Shown: in pieces, positions 19,143 through 29,561 of the stretch | How positions within the stretch are numbered: position 1 is the first letter of the stretch | How the letters are laid out: each line of letters starts with the position of its first letter | Assembly (NCBI GenBank): GCA_024691085.1 | Contig: JAILNX010000025.1 | Span: 16,723 to 80,722, forward strand | DNA: 64,000 bases | Direction: 5' to 3' | Source of the DNA: Clostridiales bacterium | GTDB lineage: Bacteria > Bacillota > Clostridia > Christensenellales > CAG-138 | Translations under genes and position numbers: made by a program | The notes under the pieces: generated by a model | Databases searched by the model: none | What the model was told of the DNA's origin: nothing | The model's input: the letters and a program-made list of their open reading frames with translations, nothing else

Positions 19143-20171
19143 ATGTTTGAAGAGCTGCTTAAGATACGCGAGGCGGCTTTAAAGGAGCTCGAGGCGATCA
19201 AAAACGCCGACGAGCTCAACGAGCTTTCGACACAGGTGCTCGGCAGGGGCGGCAAGCTGACCGCCATACTCCGCACCATGGGCAAGCTCTCCCAGGAGGA
19301 GAGAGCCGCTCTCGGACAAAAGGCGAATTCCGTAAAGCAGGAGCTTCTTGAGAAATTCGAGGAGCGCAAGGCCGCGCTTTACGAGCTTGCCGAACAGAAA
19401 AAGATCGAGCGCGAGGAGATCGACGTTACGCTTCCGGGCGTAAGACGCGCAGTTCCCATGGGCGCGCTCAATCCGCTCACGCTCGTTTACCGCGAGATCC
19501 GCGACGCGCTTATCGGCCTCGGCTTCACCACCTTCGAGGGGCCCGAGATCGAGTACGACGAGTATAACTTCACGCTTCTTAATCTCCCGCCGAACCACCC
19601 CGCGAGGGATATGCAGGACACCTTCTACGTCAACGACAAGGTGCTCTTAAGGACGCATACCTCCCCCTGCGAGGCGAGAGCGCTGAAGACGCTCGACCTG
19701 CCGTTCAGGCTGGTGATCCCCGGCCGCTGCTTCCGCGTGGACGAGCCCGACGCGAGCCACAGCCCCGTCTTCATGCAGATGGAGGGCCTCGTCGTCGACA
19801 GGAACGTCTCCATTGCCGATCTTAAGGGCACGATCGACTCGTTCGTAAAGGCCGTGTTCGGCGAGAACGTCGAGTCGAGGCTTCGCCCGAGCTACTTCCC
19901 GTTCACGGAACCGTCGGCGGAGGTCGACATCTCCTGCACCATCTGCGGCGGCAAGGGCTGTTCCTCCTGCAAGGGCACCGGCTGGATGGAGATAATGGGC
20001 TGCGGCATCACCAACCCGCATGAGATCGAAAACTGCGGAAAATCCCCCGACGAATGGCGCGCCTTCGCCTGGGGCGTCGGCGTCGACCGCGTCGCCTGCC
20101 TGAAATACGGCATCAGCGACATCCGCCTCATCTATGAGGGCGACGGAAGATTTTTATCCCAGTTCAAGTAA
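19143..20171 (+). CDS. pheS: Phenylalanine--tRNA ligase alpha subunit
   Basis: RPSYFPFTEPSAEVD class II motif and a Cys-rich insert followed by GWMEIMGCG. Confidence 0.95.
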   Translation: MFEELLKIREAALKELEAIKNADELNELSTQVLGRGGKLTAILRTMGKLSQEERAALGQKANSVKQELLEKFEERKAALYELAEQKKIEREEIDVTLPGVRRAVPMGALNPLTLVYREIRDALIGLGFTTFEGPEIEYDEYNFTLLNLPPNHPARDMQDTFYVNDKVLLRTHTSPCEARALKTLDLPFRLVIPGRCFRVDEPDASHSPVFMQMEGLVVDRNVSIADLKGTIDSFVKAVFGENVESRLRPSYFPFTEPSAEVDISCTICGGKGCSSCKGTGWMEIMGCGITNPHEIENCGKSPDEWRAFAWGVGVDRVACLKYGISDIRLIYEGDGRFLSQFK

Positions 20172-20184
20172 GGAGTGAATCAAT

Positions 20185-22599
20185 ATGAAACTGCCCCTTA
20201 AATGGTTAAAAGAATACGTTCCGTTTAATATCACTCCCGCCGACTTTGCCGAGAAGATGCTTCTCCGCGGCTTCGAGGTCGCCGAGATAATCCCCGAGAT
20301 GGGCAAGGTCGACGGCGTTTACGTCTGCGAGATCACGGCGATCGAGCCGCATCCCAACGCCGATAAGCTCCGCGTCTGCACGGTCGACGTCGGCCGCGAG
20401 GAGCCTCTTCAGATCGTCACCAACGCGACGAACGTCAAGGTCGGCGACCAGGTCCCCGTCGCGCTCGACGGCGCGAAGCTCACGGGCGATCTCGAGATCC
20501 ATCCCACCAAGATGCGCGGAGTCGCTTCCGCGGGCATGTTCTGCGGAAACGAGGAGCTCGGCATCACGAACACCGAGTATCCCGGCTGCGAGAACGGCGG
20601 CGTCATGGTGTTCGCGGAACCGCACCCGAACGGTCAGCGCATACAGGAGGCGCTCGATCTCGACGACTGCATCTTCGACATTGAGCTCACCCCCAACCGC
20701 CCCGACTGCCAGTCGATAATCGGCATCTGCCGCGAGGCCGCCGCCGCGCTCGGCGAGAAGTTCAATGAGCCCGTTCCGAAGATAGTTGAGGGCGAGGGCG
20801 ACTGCCGCGATATCGCGAAGGTCACCGTCGAGAATCCTTACCTCTGCCCGAGGTACACCGCGAGGGTCGTTACCGACCTCAAGATCGAACCGTCCCCCCT
20901 CTGGATGCAGAGGAAGCTCATCGAGGTGGGCATGCGTCCCATCAACAACATAGTCGACATCACTAACCTCGTGCTGGTCGAGTACGGTCATCCCATGCAC
21001 GCGTTCGACCTTGCCTGCGTCAAGGACAGCCACATCGTGGTAAGGAACGCGAAGAAGGACGAGAGCGTATTCACCCTTGACGGCAAGGAGAGGATAATGA
21101 GCGAGGATATGCTCCTCATCGCCGATCCCGAAAAGGGCGTGGGCGTCGCGGGCGTAATGGGCGGCCTCAACAGCGAGATCACCGAGAACACCAAGGCGAC
21201 TCTGTTCGAAAGCGCCGTGTTCCGTCCCGAGAACATCCGCTCCACCGCGAGGAAGCTCCATCACGTCACCGATTCCGCCGCGAGGTTCATCAAGGGCGTC
21301 GAGCCCGTCAACGCGAAGCTCGCCCTCGACCGCGCGATCGAGCTCGTCGAGGAGCTTCACGCCGGCAAGGTCATGGGCGGCATGATCGACGTCTGCGCGG
21401 CAGACCTTAAGGTTAAGCGCGTCTCCGCCTCCGTAAGCCACGTGAACGAGATACTGAACACCGACCTTTCCGCCGGTAAGATGGCGGAGCTCCTCTCTTC
21501 CATCAATATCCCCGCCGAGGCGAACGGCGGTATGCTCGACATCACCGTGCCGCATTTCCGCACCGACATCGAGGACGGCATCGAGACCGACTGGGATATC
21601 GCCGAGGAGGTCGGAAGGCTTTACGGCTACGGCAATATCGCCCCGACGCTCATGCGCGGCGACACCTTCCGCGGACGCATCGGCCTGTCCTTCAAGGACG
21701 AGGATATCGTTAAGGACACCATGGCGGCGCTCGGCTGCCTCGAGCTTTACAATTACAACTTCATCGCCCCGAAGGAACTCGACGATCTCATGATCCCGGA
21801 GGGCGACGAGCGCAGGCAGACGGTCAGGCTCATGAACCCCTTCGGCGAGGATCAGAGTCTTATGCGCACCGAGCTCGCGGGCGGCCTTATGCGCGCCGCG
21901 GCGCTCAACATAAACCGCAAGACGGGCTTCGGCCGCTTCTTCGAGGTCGGCAACGTCCATTTCGATAACGGCGACCTCCCCGAGGAAAGGAAGCACCTCG
22001 GCGTGATCCACTTTGGCCTTGATGAGGACTTCTTCACCCTTAAGGGCACCCTCGAGGCGCTGTTCGAGAAGATCGGCGTTTCGGGCGTTCGCTTCGAAAA
22101 GGGCGGCTCGGACTGCCTCCATCCCACGAGGAAGGCGGAGATATCCGCAAACGGCGAAAAGCTGGGCGAGATCGGCGCCGTGCATCCCAAGACGCTCCGC
22201 GCGTTCGGCATCTCGCAGGATGCGTACATAGCAGAGCTTGATTTCGCGCTCTTAAGGAAACACATGGTTAGGGTAAGGAAGTATAAGCCCCTGCCCAAGT
22301 ATCCCGCCGTGCAGCGCGACCTCGCGCTGATAGTCGACGAAAAGACCGAGGCGCAGCAGGTCATCGACGTCATCGCCGCCGCCAAGGCGCGCGTTAACGT
22401 GGAGAACATCCGCGTGTTCGACGTCTACCGTCCGAAGCTCCCCGGCGACAAGGGCATTCCCGCCGGGAAGAAGTCCATGGCGTTCACGTTCACGCTCCGC
22501 GCGGACGATCACACCCTCGTAGACGAGGAGATCGGCCAGGCGGTCAACGCGATATTGAAGAGCTTAAAGTTCCGCCTTAACGCAGAACTGAGAGCGTAA
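20185..22599 (+). CDS. pheT: Phenylalanine--tRNA ligase beta subunit
   Basis: 804 aa, N-terminal tRNA-binding domain, immediately after pheS. Confidence 0.95.
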   Translation: MKLPLKWLKEYVPFNITPADFAEKMLLRGFEVAEIIPEMGKVDGVYVCEITAIEPHPNADKLRVCTVDVGREEPLQIVTNATNVKVGDQVPVALDGAKLTGDLEIHPTKMRGVASAGMFCGNEELGITNTEYPGCENGGVMVFAEPHPNGQRIQEALDLDDCIFDIELTPNRPDCQSIIGICREAAAALGEKFNEPVPKIVEGEGDCRDIAKVTVENPYLCPRYTARVVTDLKIEPSPLWMQRKLIEVGMRPINNIVDITNLVLVEYGHPMHAFDLACVKDSHIVVRNAKKDESVFTLDGKERIMSEDMLLIADPEKGVGVAGVMGGLNSEITENTKATLFESAVFRPENIRSTARKLHHVTDSAARFIKGVEPVNAKLALDRAIELVEELHAGKVMGGMIDVCAADLKVKRVSASVSHVNEILNTDLSAGKMAELLSSINIPAEANGGMLDITVPHFRTDIEDGIETDWDIAEEVGRLYGYGNIAPTLMRGDTFRGRIGLSFKDEDIVKDTMAALGCLELYNYNFIAPKELDDLMIPEGDERRQTVRLMNPFGEDQSLMRTELAGGLMRAAALNINRKTGFGRFFEVGNVHFDNGDLPEERKHLGVIHFGLDEDFFTLKGTLEALFEKIGVSGVRFEKGGSDCLHPTRKAEISANGEKLGEIGAVHPKTLRAFGISQDAYIAELDFALLRKHMVRVRKYKPLPKYPAVQRDLALIVDEKTEAQQVIDVIAAAKARVNVENIRVFDVYRPKLPGDKGIPAGKKSMAFTFTLRADDHTLVDEEIGQAVNAILKSLKFRLNAELRA

Positions 22600-22605
22600 C
22601 GAAAA

Positions 22606-22647
22606 GAAAAGAAGTCCCGATCCTAATTGGATCGGGACTTCTTTTTA
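22606..22647. terminator. Bidirectional terminator between pheT and prfB
   Basis: AAAAGAAGTCCCGATCC / GGATCGGGACTTCTTTTT. Confidence 0.7.
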
Positions 22648-22658
22648 TTATCCGATAG

Positions 22659-23754
22659 TTACATCTTGATAAGATACTGGTGGATGAACTCGTCGAGCTC
22701 GCCGTCCATGACCGCCTGGATATTGCCCGTCTCGCAGCCGGTGCGGTGATCCTTGACCATGGTGTAGGGCTGGAATACGTAGGAGCGGATCTGGCTGCCC
22801 CATTCGATCTTCTTAAGCTCGCCCTTGATGTCGGCCATCTTCTCCATGCGCTCGCGCTCCTTGATCTCGAGGAGCTTGCCCTTCAATATGCGCATGGCGA
22901 CTTCCTTGTTCTGCAGCTGGCTCCTCTCGTTCTGGCACTGCACGACTATGCCCGTTGCGAAGTGCGTGATGCGGATGGCGGAGGAGACCTTGTTTACGTT
23001 CTGCCCGCCCGCGCCGCCGGAACGGTAGGTATCGATCCTGATATCCTCGGGCTTGATCTCGATGGAGTTGTCGTCCTCGGTGAGGATGGGCGTTACGTCG
23101 AGGGACGCGAAACTTGTATGCCTTCTGCCCGACGAATCGAAGGGGGAGATGCGGACGAGCCTGTGCACGCCCTTTTCGGCCTTAAGGTAGCCATAGGCGT
23201 TTTCGCCCTGCACCTCGAAGGTGACGGACTTGATGCCGGCTTCCTCGCCGTCTAAAAGGTCGAGCTCCTTAACGGTATAGCCCGAGCGCTCGCAGTAGCG
23301 GACGTACATTCGGTAGAGCATGCTGACCCAGTCCTGCGCCTCGGTCCCGCCCGCGCCCGCGTGGAGCGAAAGCACGGCGTTGTAGCTGTCGTAGGGACCG
23401 GTCAGAAGAGCGGCGAGGTGGAACGCCTCGACGGCCTTGTTCAGCGCCTCGAACGCCTCGGGCACCTCGTTAGCCATGTCCTCGTCCTCTTCGCCCATGT
23501 CCATGAGCACCTCGAAATCCTCGCACTGGGATTCGAGCTTCTGATATTTGTCAAGCTTACCCGAGATGGACTTCATGCGCTGATTGATCTTGTTGGCGTT
23601 CTCGACGTCGTCCCAGAAGCCCTCTTTGCCCATCTCTTCTTCCAACTGTTTCTTTTCCTCGGCAAGCTCGGCGACCTTAAAGGGATTCACCCGCCTGCTT
23701 GAGGGCAGCAATGGTTGCCGTCAGCTGCTGACGGTACTCGTCCATGATGATCAT
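22659..23754 (-). CDS. prfB: Peptide chain release factor 2, programmed +1 frameshift
   Basis: SPF tripeptide (RISPFDS) and GGQ (SGGAGGQNVNKV). A 25-codon frame-0 ORF from ATG 23754 ends ...GAA TCC CTT TAA (stop at 23677-23679). The +1 frame continues as KVAELAEEKKQ. Confidence 0.9.
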
Positions 23755-23808
23755 GATATTGCTTCCTTTCGGTTTATTATCCTTATCATATTGAGCAGAT
23801 GCTCAAAA

Positions 23809-25509
23809 TTACATCCTCTCCGGCGCTTCGATGCCGAGGAGGTAGAGTCCCAGCTTTATCGCCGTCCTCGCGGCGTCGGTCACGGCAAGGCGCGCGGCGC
23901 GTACGCCCTCGTCCTCGTCCATGATGCGGTTCTCAAAGTAGAACTTGTTGAAGGCGGAGCAGATCTCGATAACGTTCCTCGAGATGAGATACGGCTCGTA
24001 CTTCTCCGCGGCGGACTCTATCGTGGCGGGGAGAGCGCTCATCGCCTTGACGAGCGCGGCGCAGCTCTCGTTGTCGAGGCAGTCCCAAGCCGCCTTTTCA
24101 ATATCGTAACCGTCGGCCTTCCTCAATACGGAGCAGCACCTCGCGTGGGTGTACTGCGCGTACGGCGCGGTCTCGCCCTCGAAGTTCAGCGCCTTGTCCC
24201 AGCTGAAAGTGAAGTCCTTGATCCTCGAAGAATACAGGGGACCCCAGATAACGGCGCCAACGCCGACCTGGCGGGCGACCTCGTCCATGTTCTCCAGGTC
24301 GGGGCTCTTTTCGCGCATTATCGCGCCGGTCTTCTCGATGGCCTTCACGAGCACGTCCTCGAGGTATATGGCGTTGCCCTTTCTTGTCGAGAAGGTTCCC
24401 TCCGGCATGGAGATCATGCCGAAGTTGACGTGCACGCAGTCCTTCGCCCAGTCATAGCCCATGAGCTCGAGCGTCTTGAACACCTGCCTGAAATGCAGGT
24501 TCTGCTGATAGGCGACGACGTAGAGGTTCTTATAGAAATCGTAGGTGTTCTTGCGGTAGATCGCCGCGGTTATGTCGCGCGTCGGGTAGATCGTGCCGCC
24601 GTTCGATTTAAGTATAAGGCAGGGCGGCATATTGTATGCGGAAAGATCGACGATGGTCATGCCGTTGTCGACGGTCGTCACGCCCTTTTCCTTAAGCTCC
24701 TCGATGACCGCGGGCATCTTGTCCTCATAGAACGCCTCGCCGTTATAGCTGTCGAACTCGACGCCGAGAAGATCGTATGTGCGCTGCGCCTCCTTGAGAG
24801 TCATCTCCTTGAACCAGTCGTAAAGCGCCCAGTTTTCGGGATCGTGCAGCTCGATGGAACGGAAGGTGGCTCTCGCCTCGTCCTCAAGCTCCGGATGCGC
24901 CTCCGCCTCCTGATGGAATCTAACGTACAGCGCAACGAGCTCGCGCATCGGGCTTTCGGAGTTTTCGACGGTCTCGCGGTCGCCCCACTTCTTGAAGGCG
25001 ACGAGCATCTTGCCGAACTGCGTGCCCCAGTCGCCGAGGTGGTTGATCCTTACGGGATTGAAGCCGAGATGCTTATAGATCCTCGCGAGGGAATTGCCGA
25101 GCACGGTGGTGGTGATGTGATGCACGCCGAAGGGCTTGCAGATATTGATGGAGGAGAAGTCGATGCAGACGTTCCTGTTTTTGCCCTCGCAGGAGGAGCC
25201 GTAGTTTTCACGCTCCGAGAGGATCTTCTCGATCACGGTCCTCGCCTCGCCGGATCTGTCGAGGAAGAAGTTTAAGTACCCGCCGACGGGCTCCGCCTTG
25301 ACGATGCCGGTTACGCCCGTGAACGCCTTAGAAAGCTCCGCGGCGATAGCGGGCGGGGTCTTCCTTAAGCTCTTCGCGAGCTTGAAGCAGGGCAGGGCGA
25401 CGTCGCCCTTGTCGGGAGACGGGGGGACCTCGAACCAGGCTTCGACGTCCCCGGCGGGAACGGAAGCGTATTCAGAAACCTTCGCGGCGATCAGCTTTCT
25501 AATATCCAT
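23809..25509 (-). CDS. argS: Arginine--tRNA ligase
   Basis: HLGDWGTQFG block and FSTRKG (KMSK-like) motif. Start at MDIRKL lies 8 nt after an AAGGAG RBS. Confidence 0.9.
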   Translation of the reverse strand: MDIRKLIAAKVSEYASVPAGDVEAWFEVPPSPDKGDVALPCFKLAKSLRKTPPAIAAELSKAFTGVTGIVKAEPVGGYLNFFLDRSGEARTVIEKILSERENYGSSCEGKNRNVCIDFSSINICKPFGVHHITTTVLGNSLARIYKHLGFNPVRINHLGDWGTQFGKMLVAFKKWGDRETVENSESPMRELVALYVRFHQEAEAHPELEDEARATFRSIELHDPENWALYDWFKEMTLKEAQRTYDLLGVEFDSYNGEAFYEDKMPAVIEELKEKGVTTVDNGMTIVDLSAYNMPPCLILKSNGGTIYPTRDITAAIYRKNTYDFYKNLYVVAYQQNLHFRQVFKTLELMGYDWAKDCVHVNFGMISMPEGTFSTRKGNAIYLEDVLVKAIEKTGAIMREKSPDLENMDEVARQVGVGAVIWGPLYSSRIKDFTFSWDKALNFEGETAPYAQYTHARCCSVLRKADGYDIEKAAWDCLDNESCAALVKAMSALPATIESAAEKYEPYLISRNVIEICSAFNKFYFENRIMDEDEGVRAARLAVTDAARTAIKLGLYLLGIEAPERM

Positions 25510-25576
25510 TACCATATCTCCTTGCAAAATGCCGATTTAAAACGATACGCGGTCAGTATAACACATTTTTTAGTTG

Positions 25577-25605
25577 TTGCCAATAGCCAATTCGTGTGTT
25601 ATAAT
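25577..25605 (+). promoter_or_regulatory. Near-consensus promoter abutting the sortase start codon
   Basis: TTGCCA, 17-nt spacer, TGT-TATAAT (extended -10). The -10 ends 8 nt before ATG 25614. Confidence 0.5.
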
Positions 25606-25613
25606 GACCGCGT

Positions 25614-26336
25614 ATGGAAAAAAAAGAACTAAATGAGGACAGGATCAGAAGAAAACGCAGAAACAGTATATTTAATATATGTCTCTACGTTCTGTCCGCC
25701 TGTCTGATACTGACGGGAGTACTAATCATCCTTCGCAACTGCACGGGAGTGTTCAGCATAAACACCGCCGGCGATCCCGAGGCGACTTTTCCGCCGACGG
25801 TGATAGCGGACGCCACTCCCGATGCGACGGCGCTGCCGGGGCCGGATGTGACCGAGACTCCCGATCCCGGGCCGCGGCCGACTCCCGAGCCGGGGAAGAA
25901 GCCCGTAAGCGTTTCCTTCGTTGACTACGGCGTCAACGTAGCGGTGATCCCGGTCGGGGTCGACGCCGACGGATTTATGGACGACGCCCCATCCGCGGAC
26001 GTTGCCGGGTGGCTCGAATCGGGCGCCTGCCCCAATGAAACGGGCAACTGCATCATGGGCGGGCATATCCGCTTCCACGGCAAGCTTGGGCTGTTCTCGG
26101 TGCTGCGCGACAAGCTGAAGGTCGGCGACAGGATCACCGTAAAGATGGAGGACGGCTCATACGCCTTCTACACCGTGATCTCGATAAACGAGTACCCCTA
26201 CGATCAGGTGCCGTCGTCGGTAATGGCGCAGACGGGCATGAGAAGGCTCACGCTCATCACCTGCAAGGGTGATTACGACTACATTATCCACACGTCGAGG
26301 ACGAGGATCGTCGCCGTGTGCAGCCCCGTCGAGTAG
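25614..26336 (+). CDS. Sortase family transpeptidase
   Basis: N-terminal TM helix, Pro/Thr-rich linker, catalytic LTLITCKGD (TLxTC) motif. Confidence 0.8.
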   Translation: MEKKELNEDRIRRKRRNSIFNICLYVLSACLILTGVLIILRNCTGVFSINTAGDPEATFPPTVIADATPDATALPGPDVTETPDPGPRPTPEPGKKPVSVSFVDYGVNVAVIPVGVDADGFMDDAPSADVAGWLESGACPNETGNCIMGGHIRFHGKLGLFSVLRDKLKVGDRITVKMEDGSYAFYTVISINEYPYDQVPSSVMAQTGMRRLTLITCKGDYDYIIHTSRTRIVAVCSPVE

Positions 26337-26383
26337 ACGGAGATACATCACTAAGTTAATTTACCGACATACAGGAGGTTTTT

Positions 26384-27130
26384 ATGTCAGGACATTCCAA
26401 ATGGGCAAACATTAAGAATAAAAAGGAAAAGACCGATAACGCCCGCGGCAAGATCTTCACGAAGATCGGACGCGAGATCGCGATAGCCGTCAAGGAGGGC
26501 GGCGGCGATCCCGCCAACAACTCCAAGCTCCGCGACGTCATCGCGAAGGCAAAAGCGGCGAATATGCCCAACGACAATATTTCCCGTTCCATCAAGAAGG
26601 CCGTCGGCGAGGGCGCCGGCGTCAACTACGAGGAAGGCACCTACGAGGGCTACGGTCCCGCCGGCATCGCTCTCATCGTCGAGGTCGTCACCGACAACCG
26701 CAACCGCACCGCGGCGGAGCTTCGTCACATCTTCGATAAATACGGCAACGGCATGGGCAACACCGGCTGCGTTTCCTATATGTTCGACAAGAAGGGCGTC
26801 ATCATAATCGAGCGCACGAGCGAACTTGACGAGGACGAGCTCATGATGAGCGCGCTCGACGCCGGCGCCGAGGATTTCGTCGCCCAGGACGACTGCTTCG
26901 AGGTCTATACCGCTCCGAACGACTATTTCGCCGTCCGCGACGCGCTTGAGGGCATGAACCTCAATATCCTCTCCGGCGAGGTCGCCATGATCCCGCAGAC
27001 CACCGTCGACATCACCGATCCCGAGCAGGTGGCGAAGGTCGAGCGTCTTCTCGATATGTTCGACGATGACGACGACGTACAGAACGTCTACCACAACGCC
27101 GTTCTCCCCGAGGAAGAGGAAGAGGAGTAA
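26384..27130 (+). CDS. YebC/PmpR family DNA-binding transcriptional regulator
   Basis: MSGHSKWANIKNKKEK hallmark N-terminus; 248 aa. Confidence 0.9.
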   Translation: MSGHSKWANIKNKKEKTDNARGKIFTKIGREIAIAVKEGGGDPANNSKLRDVIAKAKAANMPNDNISRSIKKAVGEGAGVNYEEGTYEGYGPAGIALIVEVVTDNRNRTAAELRHIFDKYGNGMGNTGCVSYMFDKKGVIIIERTSELDEDELMMSALDAGAEDFVAQDDCFEVYTAPNDYFAVRDALEGMNLNILSGEVAMIPQTTVDITDPEQVAKVERLLDMFDDDDDVQNVYHNAVLPEEEEEE

Positions 27131-27140
27131 AACGATACGT

Positions 27141-27172
27141 AAAAAGGATCCTGCGCCGCAGGATCCTTTTTT
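27141..27172. terminator. Bidirectional terminator
   Basis: AAAAAGGATCCTGCG / CGCAGGATCCTTTTTT. Confidence 0.7.
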
Positions 27173-27177
27173 GTTCT

Positions 27178-27996
27178 TCAATAGCCTATGGGAACCTTCA
27201 GAAGCATCTCGAATATAGGCTCAAGAGCGTCCTTATCGCCGCTCGTCAGGAATAAGACCTGCGGATCGGGCGCAAGCTCCGGGTCCGCCGAAATGCCGTT
27301 CGCGTTAAGCACGCGCTTAAGCTGGCGGGCGGTGCCGGCGTTGCCGTCGAACAGGCGGCATTCGCCCGTAAAATGCATGGAGGCGTAACGTGATATCGCG
27401 GGAGCGATGAAGGGGAAATGAGTACAGCCCAGCACGATGCCGTCGATCTTCGCGCCTTCAATGAAGGAAAGCCGCTCGGACAGGATATCGTCGAAGGCGG
27501 TCTCGCCGATCTCGCCCATTTCGACGCGCTCGACTATGCCGGGGCAACCCACGTTGATTATCCTCGCGGGATCGGGCATGCGGCTCTGGAGCGCGCGGTA
27601 GCGCGAGAGCTTCGTCGTGGCGAGGGTCGCGAGCATCAGTACCTTGCCGTCGCCGGGCATGGCGCAGGCGGGCTTTATCGCGGGCTCGACCGAAACGACG
27701 GGGACGCTCAAACGCTCGCGCAGCACGTTTATCGCCGCGCTCGTCGCGGTATTGCAGGCTACGACAAGCGCCTTCACGCCGCGGTCGACGAGGCTTTCGG
27801 CGGCGTTCTCGGCCAAAAGCAGTATCTCCTCCTCGCTCCTCGAGCCGTAGGGGGCGTTTTTGTTGTCGCCGTAATAGATAAAGCGCTCCGAAGGAAGCTC
27901 AACAAGAGCGTTCCTCAAAAAGCTCACTCCGCCGAAGCCGGAGTCGAAAACCCCGACCGGCCGCGGATCGTATTCTGTTTTCGGAGCTTCGGTCAT
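27178..27996 (-). CDS. murI: Glutamate racemase
   Basis: DSGFGG, VVACNTATS and VLGCTHFPF motifs. Confidence 0.9.
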   Translation of the reverse strand: MTEAPKTEYDPRPVGVFDSGFGGVSFLRNALVELPSERFIYYGDNKNAPYGSRSEEEILLLAENAAESLVDRGVKALVVACNTATSAAINVLRERLSVPVVSVEPAIKPACAMPGDGKVLMLATLATTKLSRYRALQSRMPDPARIINVGCPGIVERVEMGEIGETAFDDILSERLSFIEGAKIDGIVLGCTHFPFIAPAISRYASMHFTGECRLFDGNAGTARQLKRVLNANGISADPELAPDPQVLFLTSGDKDALEPIFEMLLKVPIGY

Positions 27997-29516
27997 TCTT
28001 CTTTTATCTGTTCCGGCCCCTTCAGCCTGTCGGCGTATTCATTCAGCTTGTCGAGGAATATCGCGGCGGCGAGCATATCGGCGGCGCCTCCGCAGTTGAT
28101 ATTGCGTTCTATAAGCTCGCGGTCGAACACGACGACCTCGTTGAGACGCTTCGAGAGGGGCAGAGCGGAGATCTCCGCCGCGCGTTCGCGGACAAAATCG
28201 GCGCCCTCCGCGCCTGCGCGGGAGTACGCGTTGGTGTCGTAAAGCTCCGCCATAATGCCTATGAGCGCGAGCGCGTAGCTCGCGTTGTCGTCAAAGCCCA
28301 TCAGCTTGAACCCGAGTATCCTGCGGTAGGCGTTCACCGCGGCGGGGAAACCGGCGCGCGCCTCGGCGTCCGCGCCGAATACCTCCTTGCCTTCGCCGAA
28401 CTTCTCACGCGCGTCCGCGCCGTGAGTGCCGCGGCCGGGCTCGGGACGGAGGAGCGCCATGCGCTTCGCCTCGGCGATTATGTCGAGGGGCTGACAGCTC
28501 TTTCCCTCGGCGGCGAGCTTCGCGAAAGCCGATACCAGAAGTCCCAGGCAGAATATCGCGCCCTTGTGGGTGTTCACGCCGCCCGTTGCTTCCTTCATGC
28601 GCGTTTCCGCCTCGACGCCGAGAAGCGTGAGCCTCGTCATAAGGCTCGCGCCGTGCTCAAGCTCGCAGGACTCGTGGGAGGGACAGTCGGCGCAGTTCAC
28701 ATGCTCGTCGACGGAGCAGCCCTCACCGTGACCGGATTCGGGCGTGTCCTTGTCGGCGGCGTTGTACGCCATAAGATAGTAATAGGGACGAAGCGCGTCG
28801 GCGCTCTTTATAAAGAGCGAAATGTCCATATCCGCGTTCGCACCGTTATTGTTCTGGTCGACGAGCCCCGCCTTCGGGGTGGTCATGACCTCCGAAACGA
28901 GGGCGGAATAGGCCGCCATGCCCGCCGCGTAGGATATCGCCTCGCGGAGGAGCGACTCGGTCTTTTCTTTAAGTTCGTCAAGGGAATGCGTTCTGCTCCT
29001 CGCGCACTCGGCGGCGGGACGGGAACAGATGAGGCACTTTCTCGGCTTAGGACGCACGAGCTTCACGCCGTCCGTGCCGATTACGTCGACGTCGAAAAGA
29101 CGCGAAAAGCTCATCGCATCCTCGACCTTCACCGCGACGGCCTTTATGAGCTTCGCGTTCAGACCCTTATACTGGAGGAGCGCCTCGCAGCCCGTCTTCC
29201 GGACGGAATACTCCTCGTGGACGAGCTCGGCGTTGAACCGTGACAGCGCCTTTTTAAGCTCGCTTACGCCGACGTTGAAGCAGACCTCCAACGCCTTCGA
29301 ATACTTTACGGCGCCCGCGGCGTTCATCGTGAACGATATGACGGGGAGGGCGTTTTCCTTCAAAAGCTCCTCCTGCCTTTTCGCGCGCCTTTCGCGGCAT
29401 GCCGCCATCTCATCAACGGAAACGGGGCTCGCCTCGATTTCCTCTGAGTGATGTGAATGCGAACAGCCGTGCGCGCATACGGCGCAGAGCTTGTCGCTGC
29501 ATTTGAACTCTTCCAT
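27993..29516 (-). CDS. citXG: CitX-CitG fusion (holo-ACP synthase / triphosphoribosyl-dephospho-CoA synthase)
   Basis: N-terminal half has a CitX-like ISFTMNAAGAVK block. The C-terminal half is CitG-like. Sits at the end of the cit operon. Has an extra Cys/His-rich N-terminal tag. Confidence 0.75.
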   Translation of the reverse strand: MEEFKCSDKLCAVCAHGCSHSHHSEEIEASPVSVDEMAACRERRAKRQEELLKENALPVISFTMNAAGAVKYSKALEVCFNVGVSELKKALSRFNAELVHEEYSVRKTGCEALLQYKGLNAKLIKAVAVKVEDAMSFSRLFDVDVIGTDGVKLVRPKPRKCLICSRPAAECARSRTHSLDELKEKTESLLREAISYAAGMAAYSALVSEVMTTPKAGLVDQNNNGANADMDISLFIKSADALRPYYYLMAYNAADKDTPESGHGEGCSVDEHVNCADCPSHESCELEHGASLMTRLTLLGVEAETRMKEATGGVNTHKGAIFCLGLLVSAFAKLAAEGKSCQPLDIIAEAKRMALLRPEPGRGTHGADAREKFGEGKEVFGADAEARAGFPAAVNAYRRILGFKLMGFDDNASYALALIGIMAELYDTNAYSRAGAEGADFVRERAAEISALPLSKRLNEVVVFDRELIERNINCGGAADMLAAAIFLDKLNEYADRLKGPEQIKEE

Positions 29517-29561
29517 CTTTATCTCCTGACGCGCCGGATAACGAATGCCGGCGGATAGCTT

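Noticed and set aside
26284-26292. Perfect DnaA box TTATCCACA.
   Set aside because: It is a single isolated copy inside the sortase coding sequence, far from dnaA. This is consistent with a chance occurrence.
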